A stretch of 63,538 nt of DNA, filler included, from Stramenopiles sp. TOSAG23-6 (GCA_900128565.1; 25 parts of 25 records of this genome joined end to end with filler, not necessarily neighbours in it), one strand, 5' to 3'; shown: positions 1 through 12,616, counted from the first letter of the whole stretch. Numbers and translations: made by a program. Notes: generated from the sequence alone by a model not told the origin.

Positions 1-220
1 TTTTTTTTTTCGGTAAAAAAAAAAAAAAAAAAAAAAAAAATTCGTGTTGTAGGGTTAGGGCTAACAACAACATACATATAAATGAGCTTTAAAAATGCGT
101 AATACGTTAAGTGCAACAAATGCATTTTGAAAACTTTCATGTTGTAGAAACACATCACATGTAGTTTGGAAAAATATTTCAAAATTTAGTATAAAAAAAA
201 ATTTGTTAGGAACAAAATTT

Positions 221-2242
221 TCAAAAAAAAAAAAAAAAAAAAAAATTATCTAACAGTTGAACGAGCTTTACTAAAAAAAACATTGACTTTACACTAATAT
301 CAATACTTAATGGTAATGAAATTCGTTCAAAAATATTTTTTCGAACAGGTTTGCGTACATTATCAACATTATTTTTTCGTGTCAAATAGCAAATACTATT
401 GCAATCTGATATAAATGGGCTCCCTACACCTTGTGGTTGAGTGATAGGCGGTGGGCCCCAATCCGATGATAATCGTGATAGTTCATGTAATATAACACCG
501 AGTACATCCTCAACAGTCCATTTGTTTTTTGTATGTTTTTTATGTTTTTTATGTTTTTCATGTTTTTGGCTAATGTCATCATTTTGGCTCATGTCGTTTT
601 TTTCATCAACAATTTCATCAGTGTCCTCTTGTGTATTATATTTATTATACATACGTGAAGATATAATAGTAGATATTTCTACAGAAGCTGAAGGAGTTGT
701 TTTGATATATTTGGATGATTCCAAAATAACGTGTGGCATTACCGTGTTAGGGTTAGGGTTTGTGTCCGTACAATTGGATTCCTGTGCTTCCACCGTTGCC
801 GCTGTCATTGGAATCTTTTTTGTTGAAATTTTTGAAAGTAGTTTTAAAACACCATTGACATTCAAATCCAAATGATTTTTTTGGATAGATGAACACATAC
901 CTAAAAATGAAACAAAGTCGATATTTGAATGATTTGTTGTTGATGTGTCGTTAGGGTTAGGGTTCATTTCTTGTTTTTCTTGTTTTTCTAAAGGTAATAA
1001 AAGAAGACAAAGTTGGATTAATCTCATGAATGAACCAATACTAAGACTTAAATGTAATATTATAGTAATCACTTGAGAAAAACATTCACAGGTTAGCTGA
1101 AATTTTTCAGAATGTTCCATTTTTTGTTTGGATTTTTTTTCAATTTCTAATGATTTTAATGATTCTAATGATTGGATTTGAACTGACAATGATTGTCCTA
1201 CTATAAAAAAATAGTCCAATAATTGTTGAACACTTTTCTCTGCTAAATAATTACACAAACTCAATGGAGCTAAACACACACCATTTGAAGGATTTGAAAA
1301 ATTTGAAAAATTTGAAGAGTTTCGTGTAATTTGCGTTTTCATTGAATTTGAACCAGGAAGGAAAGACAAATGAACAATTTGAAGAGCTGTGAGATATTGA
1401 GGTGTGGCTTTACAAAATTTCATTAATTCTTTTTTTCTTTTTTCAAATTCAATGATTTTCTCATTATCATCTTGGATTGCATCTTGGTTTTCATCACCTA
1501 TGTCACTGTCCACATTCTCGTCAATGTTGTCAATGTTGTCAACATTGTCCATGGCGCCGTTTTCTGGATGAAGACCAAAAGCACTACTTAATTTTAACGC
1601 GGAAAAAAAAGAGTATTGAACGGATTCTGATGGTTCTACCAATGATACTGATGTATCAACCCTTTGTAGTATATTCAATAATTTCACACATAGATTTGGG
1701 AATGAAAATAGAACACGTCCGATTGGATTTTCATTATTTTGTTGCAGAGATTTTCTTTTTTTTTCAAATTCAGCAACAAATCCGGATTGATAGTGAGCAG
1801 CACTATGTTTCGCCTTCAATTCTGCTTTTTTATCAGCAATTTCATCTTGGGCAAGTGCCATCACTAAAGAAGACAGTCGAGCTCGAGTTCGTCTGTGAAA
1901 TATGATATTCTCTGGAAGTCCCTCTGTTTGCAACCAGTGGGCTGCAGCACCAGTGACATTGATGAGTGAATCAATATGCATGGGTTGACACCAAACACTT
2001 GTGCCAACACTTGCTGTATCGAATCCAATTCCATCCATTTCTTCACGATTTGTTTTATCCAATATCGGGTTAACGAGTGGAACTAAACGGCGTAGTAACT
2101 CTTCATTATGCAATATTTCATCCAAAGGTTGCTTAAGAGCTTTTGCACGACCACTTTGGGCTGCACGAATTATTTCTGATGCAACACCTAAATCAAAAAG
2201 TACGGTGGTCCAAGGTGGGGGATCACTCTCTGCTTCCGCCAT
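221..2242 (-). CDS. N-terminal part of a large uncharacterised protein (3'-partial; ORF runs into an intron near 160-260)
   Basis: 673-aa ORF with ATG start and low-complexity inserts; ends in a T-run carrying a degenerate intron core (TTGTTCCTAAC...CCAAACTACAT). Confidence 0.7.
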   Translation of the reverse strand: MAEAESDPPPWTTVLFDLGVASEIIRAAQSGRAKALKQPLDEILHNEELLRRLVPLVNPILDKTNREEMDGIGFDTASVGTSVWCQPMHIDSLINVTGAAAHWLQTEGLPENIIFHRRTRARLSSLVMALAQDEIADKKAELKAKHSAAHYQSGFVAEFEKKRKSLQQNNENPIGRVLFSFPNLCVKLLNILQRVDTSVSLVEPSESVQYSFFSALKLSSAFGLHPENGAMDNVDNIDNIDENVDSDIGDENQDAIQDDNEKIIEFEKRKKELMKFCKATPQYLTALQIVHLSFLPGSNSMKTQITRNSSNFSNFSNPSNGVCLAPLSLCNYLAEKSVQQLLDYFFIVGQSLSVQIQSLESLKSLEIEKKSKQKMEHSEKFQLTCECFSQVITIILHLSLSIGSFMRLIQLCLLLLPLEKQEKQEMNPNPNDTSTTNHSNIDFVSFLGMCSSIQKNHLDLNVNGVLKLLSKISTKKIPMTAATVEAQESNCTDTNPNPNTVMPHVILESSKYIKTTPSASVEISTIISSRMYNKYNTQEDTDEIVDEKNDMSQNDDISQKHEKHKKHKKHTKNKWTVEDVLGVILHELSRLSSDWGPPPITQPQGVGSPFISDCNSICYLTRKNNVDNVRKPVRKNIFERISLPLSIDISVKSMFFLVKLVQLLDNFFFFFFF

Positions 2243-2463
2243 TGTAAATTGTCCTTAAAGGCAATGTACTTTACAATATACTATAAATAACGCACACTTG
2301 ATTCAAATGTAATGACGTAGTACACACAAATTGAACGAATAAAACACTTTTTAGAAGTGATTGTGCGGGAGAGAGAGATTTCGACTTGTGTTGTTCAACT
2401 TCAAAACCAATCCTATAATTAGAATTTCGTATTTCGACTTCCGTCGATCCGGTGCAAAAATTT

Positions 2464-2563
2464 NNNNNNNNNNNNNNNNNNNNNNNNNNNNNNNNNNNNN
2501 NNNNNNNTTAATTAATTAANNNNNNNNNNNNNNNNNNNNNNNNNNNNNNNNNNNNNNNNNNNN
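2464..2563. other. Artificial contig linker (N-run, TTAATTAATTAA, N-run); representative of the linkers recurring about every 2.5 kb
   Basis: The same 12-mer with stops in all six frames, embedded in Ns, recurs throughout; genes on either side are unrelated and truncated. Confidence 0.97.
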
Positions 2564-2640
2564 TTTCTAATTTAATTTTTTTTTCATACGAAATTTCGTA
2601 CCTAACGATTTTTTTTTTGAAATAATTTTTCACAATACGT

Positions 2641-3238
2641 GGCTACTTCAACGGGTTATTTTGTACCGGGTAAAAAATGGGCATCCAGTAATACTAATTA
2701 TGAAAGTGGTGTAGATTCTGACAGAGGAAATGGTAGTTTTCTGTCAACTTTAGGACCTGGGCCTGGTTGGGGCTGGTTATCAAGTCAATTGCTACGTCAA
2801 ACACAAGATAGTGTTGATGATGCGTCTAGTAATTCTACTTTTGATGAACATGCGACATTTACAAATTCAGCGAAGAAAGACAAATTACAAATTAGATTGA
2901 GTGAAAGAATGGAAACTCCGTTAGGACATAAAAGACCTACACCACAATTTGTAAACGCTTTTTCAAGATCTAATAACTTTGTTCAAGTTGCCGTTGCTAC
3001 GCCACTAGGGGCCGGAGGAGATGTTATTGAAGATTCTGAGAGTGAAATATGTATAGATGCCAAGAATAAAGTTCCTTTGACTAGTAGCAACCCAAGAAAT
3101 AATGTACAAATTTCAGAACTCACTGGATCAGTTGACTTTGGTGAACTTCATCGTAATCTTGGCAGATCAATGTCTCTTCGGTCTACAAGGTCTACAGATA
3201 ATATTGAAGGAAATAACGTGAATGAAGTTAGTTTGTAA
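2641..3238 (+). CDS. Terminal exon of an uncharacterised, largely disordered protein
   Basis: ~199-codon open frame starting right after a family intron 3' end (CACAATACGT) and ending in TAA. Confidence 0.55.
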
Positions 3239-3430
3239 TTTAAGCGGAAATAAAATTAAATTTATTTTGTATAATTCCAAAGAAATTTTCTAACATAATT
3301 TAAAATGTATACTAAAGTCCAACATTGTTTATCTTTATTTTATAAAGAAAAAAAACCTCGTCCAACGCCGATATACTTCTTGCCAAATAAAAAGCAAAAA
3401 AAAACATTATTTATCTATCTATCAATAATA

Positions 3431-4981
3431 CTACGATGTAGCTACTAGAGCATCTCTTGCAGTGACAAAACCTACTTGATCAATCCAGCGTTGAAGAACT
3501 GGGCAAAACTGTTCGACTGTGTTGAGACATGATCCAAAGTCATCGAAACCTCCGACAACCATTAGACGATCATTCCAAACAGCAAGACCAAACTTGGATC
3601 TCTTAACCGATAACCTTGGCCACTCTTGCCATGCATTGGGGAATAATTCAACATATGGGGATGATTCATCGGTGGGACTTTCTTTCGTGCTCGTTTGAAT
3701 ACCAGAGAGAGATATAGTTAAAGGTGGAGGCAAAGGTGCTGATGCAACTTCTTGTAAAGAAATCGAATCACCAGCTTGTGGAAGCTGCTCCCAAATAGCA
3801 TTTTGATTCATATGTGTCGATAATACGAGAGACCTAGGTCCACGAGGATTTCCAAGAGGAACAGCGTCTTTTCGCAATTGAAAACTAGGATTTTCACATA
3901 TTGGAAAAGCTTCAACATTTTGCCAACCGTCAATTACAACAATGAATCCTCGCCATACCACTGCTTGAACTCGACCAGAACATACATTCAAAGATGGATG
4001 AGTACTCCACACACCTGTAGGGAGATCCAATTTATCAACAGATGCTAAGGGAATATTATGCGAGCTATTGCCTGCAATTACATACAGACATCTACCAACA
4101 ATTACTGTCGCATGAGAATATCTTGGGGTAGACATTACAGCTATCTCTTTCCAATTTGCTTTACGAATATGGTATCGTTCTACAGTTACAATGGGTTGCA
4201 AAACACTACTAAGACCACCAGTAATATAAATACGTTGACCCGCTGCAGCAACAGCAAGATAACAGCGAGCTGATTTCATAGGAGCCACATTACACCATCT
4301 ACCATCATTACCATCAGATATGCAAACACCCTTTCGAAATGATGGCTTGCAATTATAGCATTCAACAGAAGCAAGTGTTTCATCATTACATTCTCCACCA
4401 ACAACAAAAAGTTTGCCTCCGATAACAATTGCACCAAAGTTTCGTCTAGATTGATTCATCGGAATTCCATTTTTAACTATGATTTGTTTTGTGTTTACTG
4501 TGGGCTTATCTAAAGACTTTGAAATATATTTTTTGGAAGTTGAATCATCCTTTGTGTTAAGTTCCATTATAGTACTATCCCCATTATAATTTTTTTCCTT
4601 TTCTGTGTTCTTTTTTTTGTTTTTTTCAGAGTTTTGATCTACACAAAGATACTGAAAAAAGCTGTCATCATCGATACAACTATCTTTATCAACTTCTTCA
4701 GATACCATACCCTTTACATTATTTTTGGCGTTCTTTTCATCATTATTATCTTTTTCTATTTGTACATTGCTATTTATGGAACTATTATCTTGAGTTTCTA
4801 TCGATATTGAACATTCAGACACCAAATTTTCGATTTCATCAACAGTATTTTCAGTGCTTTGTATTTCGTTTTCTCGAGTTTCTTTTTGATTAGTAAGTGA
4901 CGAAATGTCTTCGAAACTGTCGTTGAAACTGTCATTTAAGTTCCAAGCCAGGCTAAAATGATTGGTATTATTCATTGACAT
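3431..4981 (-). CDS. Kelch-repeat protein
   Basis: Repeated kelch signatures (LFVVGG..VECY, IYITGG..VERY, LMVVGG..VEQF, W...PM..R); intronless. Confidence 0.9.
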   Translation of the reverse strand: MSMNNTNHFSLAWNLNDSFNDSFEDISSLTNQKETRENEIQSTENTVDEIENLVSECSISIETQDNSSINSNVQIEKDNNDEKNAKNNVKGMVSEEVDKDSCIDDDSFFQYLCVDQNSEKNKKKNTEKEKNYNGDSTIMELNTKDDSTSKKYISKSLDKPTVNTKQIIVKNGIPMNQSRRNFGAIVIGGKLFVVGGECNDETLASVECYNCKPSFRKGVCISDGNDGRWCNVAPMKSARCYLAVAAAGQRIYITGGLSSVLQPIVTVERYHIRKANWKEIAVMSTPRYSHATVIVGRCLYVIAGNSSHNIPLASVDKLDLPTGVWSTHPSLNVCSGRVQAVVWRGFIVVIDGWQNVEAFPICENPSFQLRKDAVPLGNPRGPRSLVLSTHMNQNAIWEQLPQAGDSISLQEVASAPLPPPLTISLSGIQTSTKESPTDESSPYVELFPNAWQEWPRLSVKRSKFGLAVWNDRLMVVGGFDDFGSCLNTVEQFCPVLQRWIDQVGFVTARDALVATS

Positions 4982-5125
4982 AAATTGTATTACATCGTCT
5001 ATTTTTTCTGTGTTCCCATCCTTCANNNNNNNNNNNNNNNNNNNNNNNNNNNNNNNNNNNNNNNNNNNNTTAATTAATTAANNNNNNNNNNNNNNNNNNN
5101 NNNNNNNNNNNNNNNNNNNNNNNNN

Positions 5126-5356
5126 AGCCTTAATGATTCGCGCACCAGCCCGACGTTCCTCCTCTTCCGCAGCCGCCGCATCTGCCTCCCGAGCCTTCGC
5201 ATTACCACCACAAGCCCAACAACCACAACCACCACACTTCTTGCGACGACGACGACGACCAGCCGGGGTAATTCGAAAAGTTCTCGTAGTAGCTGCTTCA
5301 ATATGACATACACATGAAGATGCAAGTAACATTGTACATAGTATAAACTGAATCAT
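5126..5356 (-). CDS. Signal-peptide protein, N-terminal fragment
   Basis: MIQFILCTMLLASSCVCHIEAA hydrophobic leader, closely similar to the leader at 21571; truncated by linker. Confidence 0.55.
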
Positions 5357-5499
5357 TTTAATGTATGCATGGGCTTTGATCGATGGAACCTTCTACTATG
5401 TAGGGCCGATCCTTCGTATACCCAATGGTTTTATTTTCACTGACTTGTTTCTGGTATTAAATTAATAAATTTCATACGGCGGGCAATAAAAAAATTCGT

Positions 5500-5820
5500 T
5501 GTTTTTTTAATGTTTTAACTAGGAAATTTTGTATACATATTTGTAGTATTATTATTTGTAGTATAGATATTTGTAGTATTATCATTTGTAGTATAGATAT
5601 TTGTAGTACTATTATTTGTAGTATAGATATTTTTTACAAATTTCACAAAGATTTCGTTGTTTTTTAATGTTTTAACTAGGAAATTTTGTATAGATATTTG
5701 TAGTATTATTACTTGTAGTATAAATATTTGTAGTAATATTATTTGTTGTATTATTATTTGTAGTGTAGATATTTGTAGTATAAATATTTGTAGTATTATT
5801 GTTTGTAGTATTATTATGTG
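5500..5820. repeat. Degenerate 15/30-bp minisatellite (ATTTGTAGTAT... units) with a ~170-bp-spaced internal duplication
   Basis: Repeated atttgtagta units; ttcgttgttttttaatgttttaactaggaaattttgtata occurs near 5495 and near 5654. Confidence 0.8.
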
Positions 5821-6177
5821 TTGCTTTTCCTTGTAATTCTTGAACAAGTTTATATTTTTGTATGAATGATACCCGGTAACTTTTGCATTTTTCAATAATT
5901 CCTCAAACATTCACAACTTCCAATTTATTAATTTACTTGTTTTTATACGAAATTTACTACTTAACAAGAAAAAAAAACCAAGGATTCCCCCCCGCAGCGA
6001 ATAGCTGCGAAAAAGAAGTATTATAACTAATTGTTCTGTCTCAAAACCGCTCCAAAAAAACTGATAACGGCAGTCAAACATCATTTTTTTTTCAGTTACA
6101 TCCTTTGGGACGCAAAACGAGCCAAAGTGTCTTTTTTTTTTTATACAATCATTTTGTATTACGTTGTAGTGTTTACT

Positions 6178-7098
6178 ATGTCAAAATATGCTTCAGCAAA
6201 GACAAATGTGTATATCGGAGATTCAGAGTTAAAGACTGATTATACTAGGACAAATCATTTGGGAGATCCATGGCAAAAAGGGTTTCAACCAAGTGCTTTT
6301 AGTGCCCAAGCAAAAGCAGAATTAAGAAAAGTTAATTTTGATTTTGGCTATCAACCAAACGTCTATGAAACAACATCAAAAGAAATGTCAGATTATAATC
6401 CTTATAAAACGAGACGTCGAAAATCGGTAAACCCTGCAAAACAGTGTAATATCTATTTTGGTAATCAAGAGCAAAATCAATCAAAAGACTGGCAATCATG
6501 TTACACAGAAGCAACATTTGAAAAGCCACTCGATGGTGCAATTCAAAATCGTCTCGCTGGTAAAGCAAATGGACAAGATAATTATAAACCTCATTTTGTA
6601 TTTGGAAATATATCTGGTTCGAAACATTGGCATGTGACAAACAAAATGATGAAGCCTGTTCGTTTTCATAGACAATTTTGTACCTAACCAAAAAACAAAA
6701 AAAAAAGAAAAAAAAATTTAAAATTTTTTTTAAAATTTTTCAAAACTAACAAAAAAATTCATATTTTTTTAGATATTTTCATACAAAATATGATCCAAAC
6801 GTAAATTATACACAACGAGCTGCCGATGGAAAAGCTCTTGTCGCAAAAACAAATTGGGATTTGGGCGATTATAAAACTGAATATAAAACTGGGTCAATGT
6901 ACGTTTTTATGAATTTCTAATTTAAATTTTTTTTTCATACGAAATTTCGTACCTAACAATTTTTTGAAATTTTTTTTTGAAATATTTTGAAATTTTTAAT
7001 TTTTTTTTTACCTAACGAAAAAAAAATTGTACTACAAAAAATATTTTCTACAATACATGGAATTAAACAAATTTGCTAAACAACCGAAACCTTTTTAG
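6178..7098 (+). CDS. Repeat-containing protein, possibly ciliary microtubule-inner-protein-like; exons 6178-6657, 6792-6898, 7059-7098
   Basis: Repeated N-x-x-F/L-G...Y-x-T motifs; the frame is continuous only with GT-AT removal of two family introns; function is a guess. Confidence 0.6.
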
Positions 7099-7583
7099 TG
7101 ACAAATGCATACCATAGCTCTAATGTAGTAAATATTTTTCGTGAAGTTGCATCAACAATTGTTCCATCTGGTCGCAAATGAGCCTATTATGAAAATTGTA
7201 TATAGATATTATTAGATTTGTTAGCATAAATAAAATATAAGAAATAGTTTGAATATTTAAGAAATGTATCAAAGAAATAGACTACATATAAATATATACT
7301 ACTTACAACTACATGAATTCCTCGTTTAAAATATGCGGTGAATCTATTATCTCCTGGTCTGATAATTTCAGCATCAAGCAGTTGACGCATTGGAGAACGA
7401 ACAAACCTACCTGAACTTTGAAGACGTTTCATTTTTCTTTGATTTTTTACAATATCAGAACGTTGATAATCTTGAATAAATTTATTTTGTGCTTCATTTC
7501 GTTGGTTTTCTTCACTTATAGCAGCAATAACTTTATCTGAATACGAAAAGCAACGTCTACTCAATATTGCTGCAAATGATGAA
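7076..7583 (-). CDS. RAMA-like domain protein, C-terminal fragment; canonical GT-AG intron 7184-7306
   Basis: Spliced peptide MRQLLDAEIIRPG...AHLRPDGTIVD...IFTTLELW resembles the RAMA domain; intron GTAAGT...AATAG. Confidence 0.55.
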
Positions 7584-7737
7584 NNNNNNNNNNNNNNNNN
7601 NNNNNNNNNNNNNNNNNNNNNNNNNNNTTAATTAATTAANNNNNNNNNNNNNNNNNNNNNNNNNNNNNNNNNNNNNNNNNNNNTTTTGTACCTAACAAAT
7701 TTTAGTTTTTTTTTTGAAATATTTTTCCAAAATACAT

Positions 7738-10057
7738 CCCTACTTTACTAGTATCAAGATGGGCGACACAGTTAGAACAAGATAAAGATACACAAATGCC
7801 TCCTCCAATTCTGGATACTAGAAGCTCGCCGGATGGAAATTTTATAGCATATGTTCAGGGAGGAGAAATCTATGTGTTAAGGATTGTAAAACAAATCGAT
7901 TCTTATGGAAGAATCATCGTAAATAGTCCAATACGATGTATGTCTTCTGATGGAATAAAAGATAGAATAAAAGAAACTGTAAAAACTGTAAAACGATCTG
8001 TAGTGACACATGGCGTTTCTAGTTTTATAGCGCAAGAAGAAATGGGTAGATTTCGTGGATTTTGGTGGTCAGATGATAGCACTATGATTGCATTTGAAGA
8101 GGTTGATTATGAACCTGTTTCAGAGCATAAAATTCTTCATCTGGATAAAACAGATGTGCCATTGGAAGAGAATCATTACTATCCATTTGCAGGGAAAAAA
8201 AATGTCAAGTCCCGTCTCGGAGTTGTTGCAGTAAATAATCCTGGTGTAGTAAAATGGATGAATCTAACAGAAATAGATGAGAAAAAGAGTTGTGGTGGAG
8301 CACCTGTACATCTATCCAATGATAAATATATACCTGAATATTTAGCCCGAGTTCAGTGGATGTCAGATACCTTTTTATTGGTACAAACACAAAGTAGAAG
8401 ACAGGACAAAACAGAACTTTTACAAATTAATTCTGTTACTGGAAAATGCGTAAAACTATTAGAAGAATCTGTCTTGGATCAATCAAGGTACGAATCTAGT
8501 TGTAAAGATTGTGATGTAAATAATTGCGTTGAATTGGGATATGAGAAGGATAGAAACATTGGTTGGGTAAATTTACATCAACTGTGCTCTGTTGTGACAA
8601 CACAAAATACATCAAATGATAAAACCAATGATAAAAAGTGGCTCATTTGGGGTTCAGAAAGATCAGGATATATGCATTTATACTTATATGCATTTGATAA
8701 CAAAAAAAAACAGAAAACAACCAGAAAAACAAAAGATCAAAATAACTTTTGTGAATTAGTATTATACGGGGCATTGACATGTGGTGATTGGTCAGTTGAA
8801 AAAATATGTGGTATTGATACTGTCAGAGGGATTTTGTTTTTCACAGGGACGAAAGAAAGCGTCTTGGAAAATCATTTATATGCTACCCAGATTCCTTTTA
8901 AAAATAAGAGATATCATGAGTATAGTAATATATCCAATGGACATTCAAGATTATGCAGAAAGATCACAAGGTTAACACCAAAAGAGTCTTTCAATACAAT
9001 AACCATGAGTCATAATTGTAAATATTTCATCAATTGTAGTAGTTCGTTACAGTCTGCACCTTCGGTACAACTGTTTGCAATAAAAGTGAGTGATAGTATT
9101 TGCTGTAGCATGAGTAACAGTACAATGCGAAGTAGTGTGATAGCGAGAGATATAAATATTACTTCATGCTTAACGAGAACATTCCACAGGAGCAGTATGA
9201 CATTGGTAAATGAATGCAAATCAACCTCATCATTTAGTTTTAATAATATTATGGCACGACTTTTGGGTCAAAAGGACCAATCAAATAAAATACCACAAGC
9301 ACCGACAATTAATTTACAAGCATGTACAAATAATAGTGGATTTTCTTCATTAAGACCTCCACTGCTGATATCATTCCCTTCCACGGATGGTGCGGTTACT
9401 CTACATGGTATGATATACGTACCAGATTCTACTATTTTCGGAAACGGGCCTTACCCTACCATCGTTAATGTTTATGGTAATTTACATATCTTTTTAACAT
9501 CTACATTTTGAAATGTTTGAATTCATATATTTTTTTACTAATTCTAAATGTTTTACATACATATTTATATATAACAGGTGGTCCATTAGTACAAGCAGTA
9601 AAGCGATCTTGGAATGTTTCAATGGATGTTTTATCTAGGCACTTCCAAGGGTTGGGGTTTTCAGTCTTAAAGTGTGACAACAGAGGTAGCTCTAGGCGTG
9701 GTGTAGAATTTGAACGGGCCATTTATGTATATTTTCATCATTTCATCTAATTTCATTTTTTTCATAGAAAATGTAAAAGTTTTAAACCTAACGAATGTCA
9801 AACTTTAAAACATATTTGCTGACAATCCATAGAAAGCTTGGTTCAGTAGAAGTCGAAGATCAAGTTGCTGCTGTAAAATATGCAATTTCTTTAGGTATTG
9901 TAGATAGAGATAAGGTTGGCTGTTACGGTTGGAGTTTTGGTGGATTCTTATCTACAATGTGTCTACTAAAAGCTCCTGATATATTTAAAGCTGCAGTTGC
10001 TGGAGCTCCTGTCACAAATTGGACTGGATATGATACACATTATACTGAGCGATATAT
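7738..10057 (+). CDS. Dipeptidyl peptidase IV/8/9-like S9B peptidase (partial); introns 9477-9577 (GT-AG) and 9727-9830 (GT-AT)
   Basis: EEMGRFRGFWWS, YPFAGKKN, VYGGP, DNRGS, catalytic GWSFGG and YDTHYTERYM motifs. Confidence 0.93.
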
Positions 10058-10299
10058 GTACGTTTTTGTCAATTTTTTTTTTTTTTTTTTGTTTTTTCAT
10101 AAAAAATTTCATACCTAACAAAAAAATAAAAAATAAAAAANNNNNNNNNNNNNNNNNNNNNNNNNNNNNNNNNNNNNNNNNNNNTTAATTAATTAANNNN
10201 NNNNNNNNNNNNNNNNNNNNNNNNNNNNNNNNNNNNNNNNTGTTAGGTACAAAATTTCGTACGAAAAAAAAATCAAATTTGAAAAAAAATAAAACATAC

Positions 10300-12616
10300 A
10301 CGTTCCGTAAGAAATTCTCGAAGAACTTTAGCTGAAGGCACCTGTGTCCAATCTTGAGGGACAATATGTATTGTGAAATGTTTTTGTTTTTGTTTCCGGT
10401 AAAAAAAAATCGTTAGGTACAAAATTACGTATGAAAATAATTTTAGAATTCATGATGAGACATAAGACGTACATATGCAACCAATCTTTTATCAGAGCCT
10501 TCATCCCCCTCCACTAAAACAACAGCAGTACTTACAAGAGGATGTTCACTAAGACTAGCTTCGACAGCACCCAAAACAACACTATATCCTCTTATTTTGA
10601 CCATGAAATCAACTCTTCCTGCTAATTCTAGAGTTCCATCTGGCATAAACCTGCCTCTATCACCCGTTCGATACAATCGATCATATAAGCCTGATGTTTC
10701 ATCATTCAATTTTATAAATGGATTCTTAACAAAACGTTCAGCAGTCTTTGCTGGCATATTCAAATAACCACGAGCAAGACACGGACCACCAACATGTATT
10801 GTGAAAAAAAAAACATTTTTTTGTACAAAAAAATCGTTAGGTACAAAATTTCGTATGAAAAAAAATTAAATTAGAAATTCATATCAAACGTACATACACT
10901 TCACCAGGTGTTCCAATTGGAACATGTTTCATTGTATTTGGATTTAAGACGTAACATTTTACATTAGCCATAATTGTACCACATGAAGCATATTTTCTTT
11001 TAGGTTTTGTTATTTTTGTTATTTTTGTATTTGTAGTGAAATCAGATTTTGTAGTACAATCACTCTTTTCAATACCATGATGTAAAACAGCAACAGACAC
11101 ATCATTTACTTTGGGGAAATATTTCAAAAAAAGAAAAACATCTTAGATACAAAATTTTGAATGAAAAAATTTAAAAAAAAAAAAAAAAAATGTAGAAAAA
11201 TATGTTTTGGTTTGTATACTTGTTAGGGTAATAAAAATGAAGAATGATATAATTAGGTTTAGGGTTAATTTAAAACAAAAAAATGAAGAATGATATAATT
11301 AGGTTTAGGGTTAATTTAAAACAAAAAAAATGAAGAATGATATAATTAGGTTTAGGGTTGATATATAACATACATGGCATTCAGATATAGAATATAAATT
11401 TAGTAGTTTACATGATGAAAAACAAGTTGAAAATTTCTGTTGTAACTCAAGTGTAACAACTTCTCCACAAAGCCAAACAATATGTATTTTGGAAAAGTAT
11501 TTCAAAAAAAAAAATTAAAATTTGTTAGGTACAAAATTTCCTATAAAAAAATAAATTCAAAATTGAAGAAAAAATAAAACATACATTCAATGAATTCATT
11601 CTTTCAAATAAAATTGATTCATCTAATGTATCCAGGACCAACTGTAATAAAGAAGGAGTCAATAAAATACGCGTAATTTGATATTTTTGAATATATAATG
11701 ATAATTCTTCAGCATCATATATGACGTCATCGGGGATTATAAATGTTGGAAATCCTCGCATCAGTGGACGAAAAACTTCCCATACAAAAAATACAGCACA
11801 TGCGACTTTATCGTGTTTTTGTAATGGATAATTTTCATGTCGCCAATGATAAGAATGAACCGCACCACGATGAGGACAACAAATTCCTTTTGGTACGCCT
11901 GTGGTCCCTGAGGACATGACAACATATGCTAAATTATCTGGAGTTGGTTCTTTTCTATTTGGGTATACATTCAAATCATTATATTTTGGTAATAAAAGTA
12001 ATTGTTCCCGCCAGTTTCCATCATCATCGATGACAAGTTGATTTTGTGTTGAAGGTAATCGTCCATGTAAGGTACTTTCTGTAAATACTGCGACACAATT
12101 TGTTTCACGTAATACTCGGTGAATCAATTCTGGAGGATACGCTAGTTCTATAGGCATATGTTTTGTAAAAAAATATTTAAAATTTTTTTTTTTCTTTAGG
12201 TACAAAATTTTTTGAAAAAAATAAATTCAAAATTGAAAAAAAANAAAANAATACATACGCACCACCTGCCTTATGTGCTGCAATATAACTCAACACATAT
12301 GCTGCGCTACGACTCATATATATTCCTACAACTCTATCGGGTACACATGTATTTTGGAAAAATATTTCAAAAAAATATTCGTTAGGTACAAAATTTCGTA
12401 TGAAAAAAAAAATCGATTTTTTTGTTAAAAAAAAAAATAAAACCTACATCCTTTTGCTACCAAATACGATGCGAGAAGATCTGTATCTTCATCAACCTGA
12501 GCATACGTCCAAGTATTTTGTTTTCCATTAGGTTTACAAGGATCAACAATAGCAATTGCATTGGGTGTTTTTTTAGATTGAACCATAAAAGAATCATGCA
12601 AACGCTCAGTATCAGG
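10300..12616 (-). CDS. NRPS-like adenylation-domain protein (partial) with six complete GT-AT introns (12347-12447, 12158-12254, 11482-11584, 11104-11373, 10794-10893, 10366-10472)
   Basis: Spliced motifs AGGAY/MPIELAYP, YVVMSSGTTGVPKG, NLYSISECH/DVS, PGEVY/VGGPCLARGYLN, LYRTGD, VKIRG, LVAY/IVP. Confidence 0.93.

Noticed and set aside
441-875. Antisense ORFs overlapping real genes (for example 441-875, 17234-17692, 44885-45235)
   Set aside because: Shadow frames of low-complexity coding sequence with no recognisable motifs
2464-2563. Regular TTAATTAATTAA motif as a biological repeat, and gene neighbourhoods such as POT1-like next to RPA1
   Set aside because: Artificial concatenation linker; adjacency across it carries no information
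5126-5356. RxLR-dEER-like motif (RTFR...EEEER)
   Set aside because: Imperfect match in a truncated low-complexity fragment; easily chance
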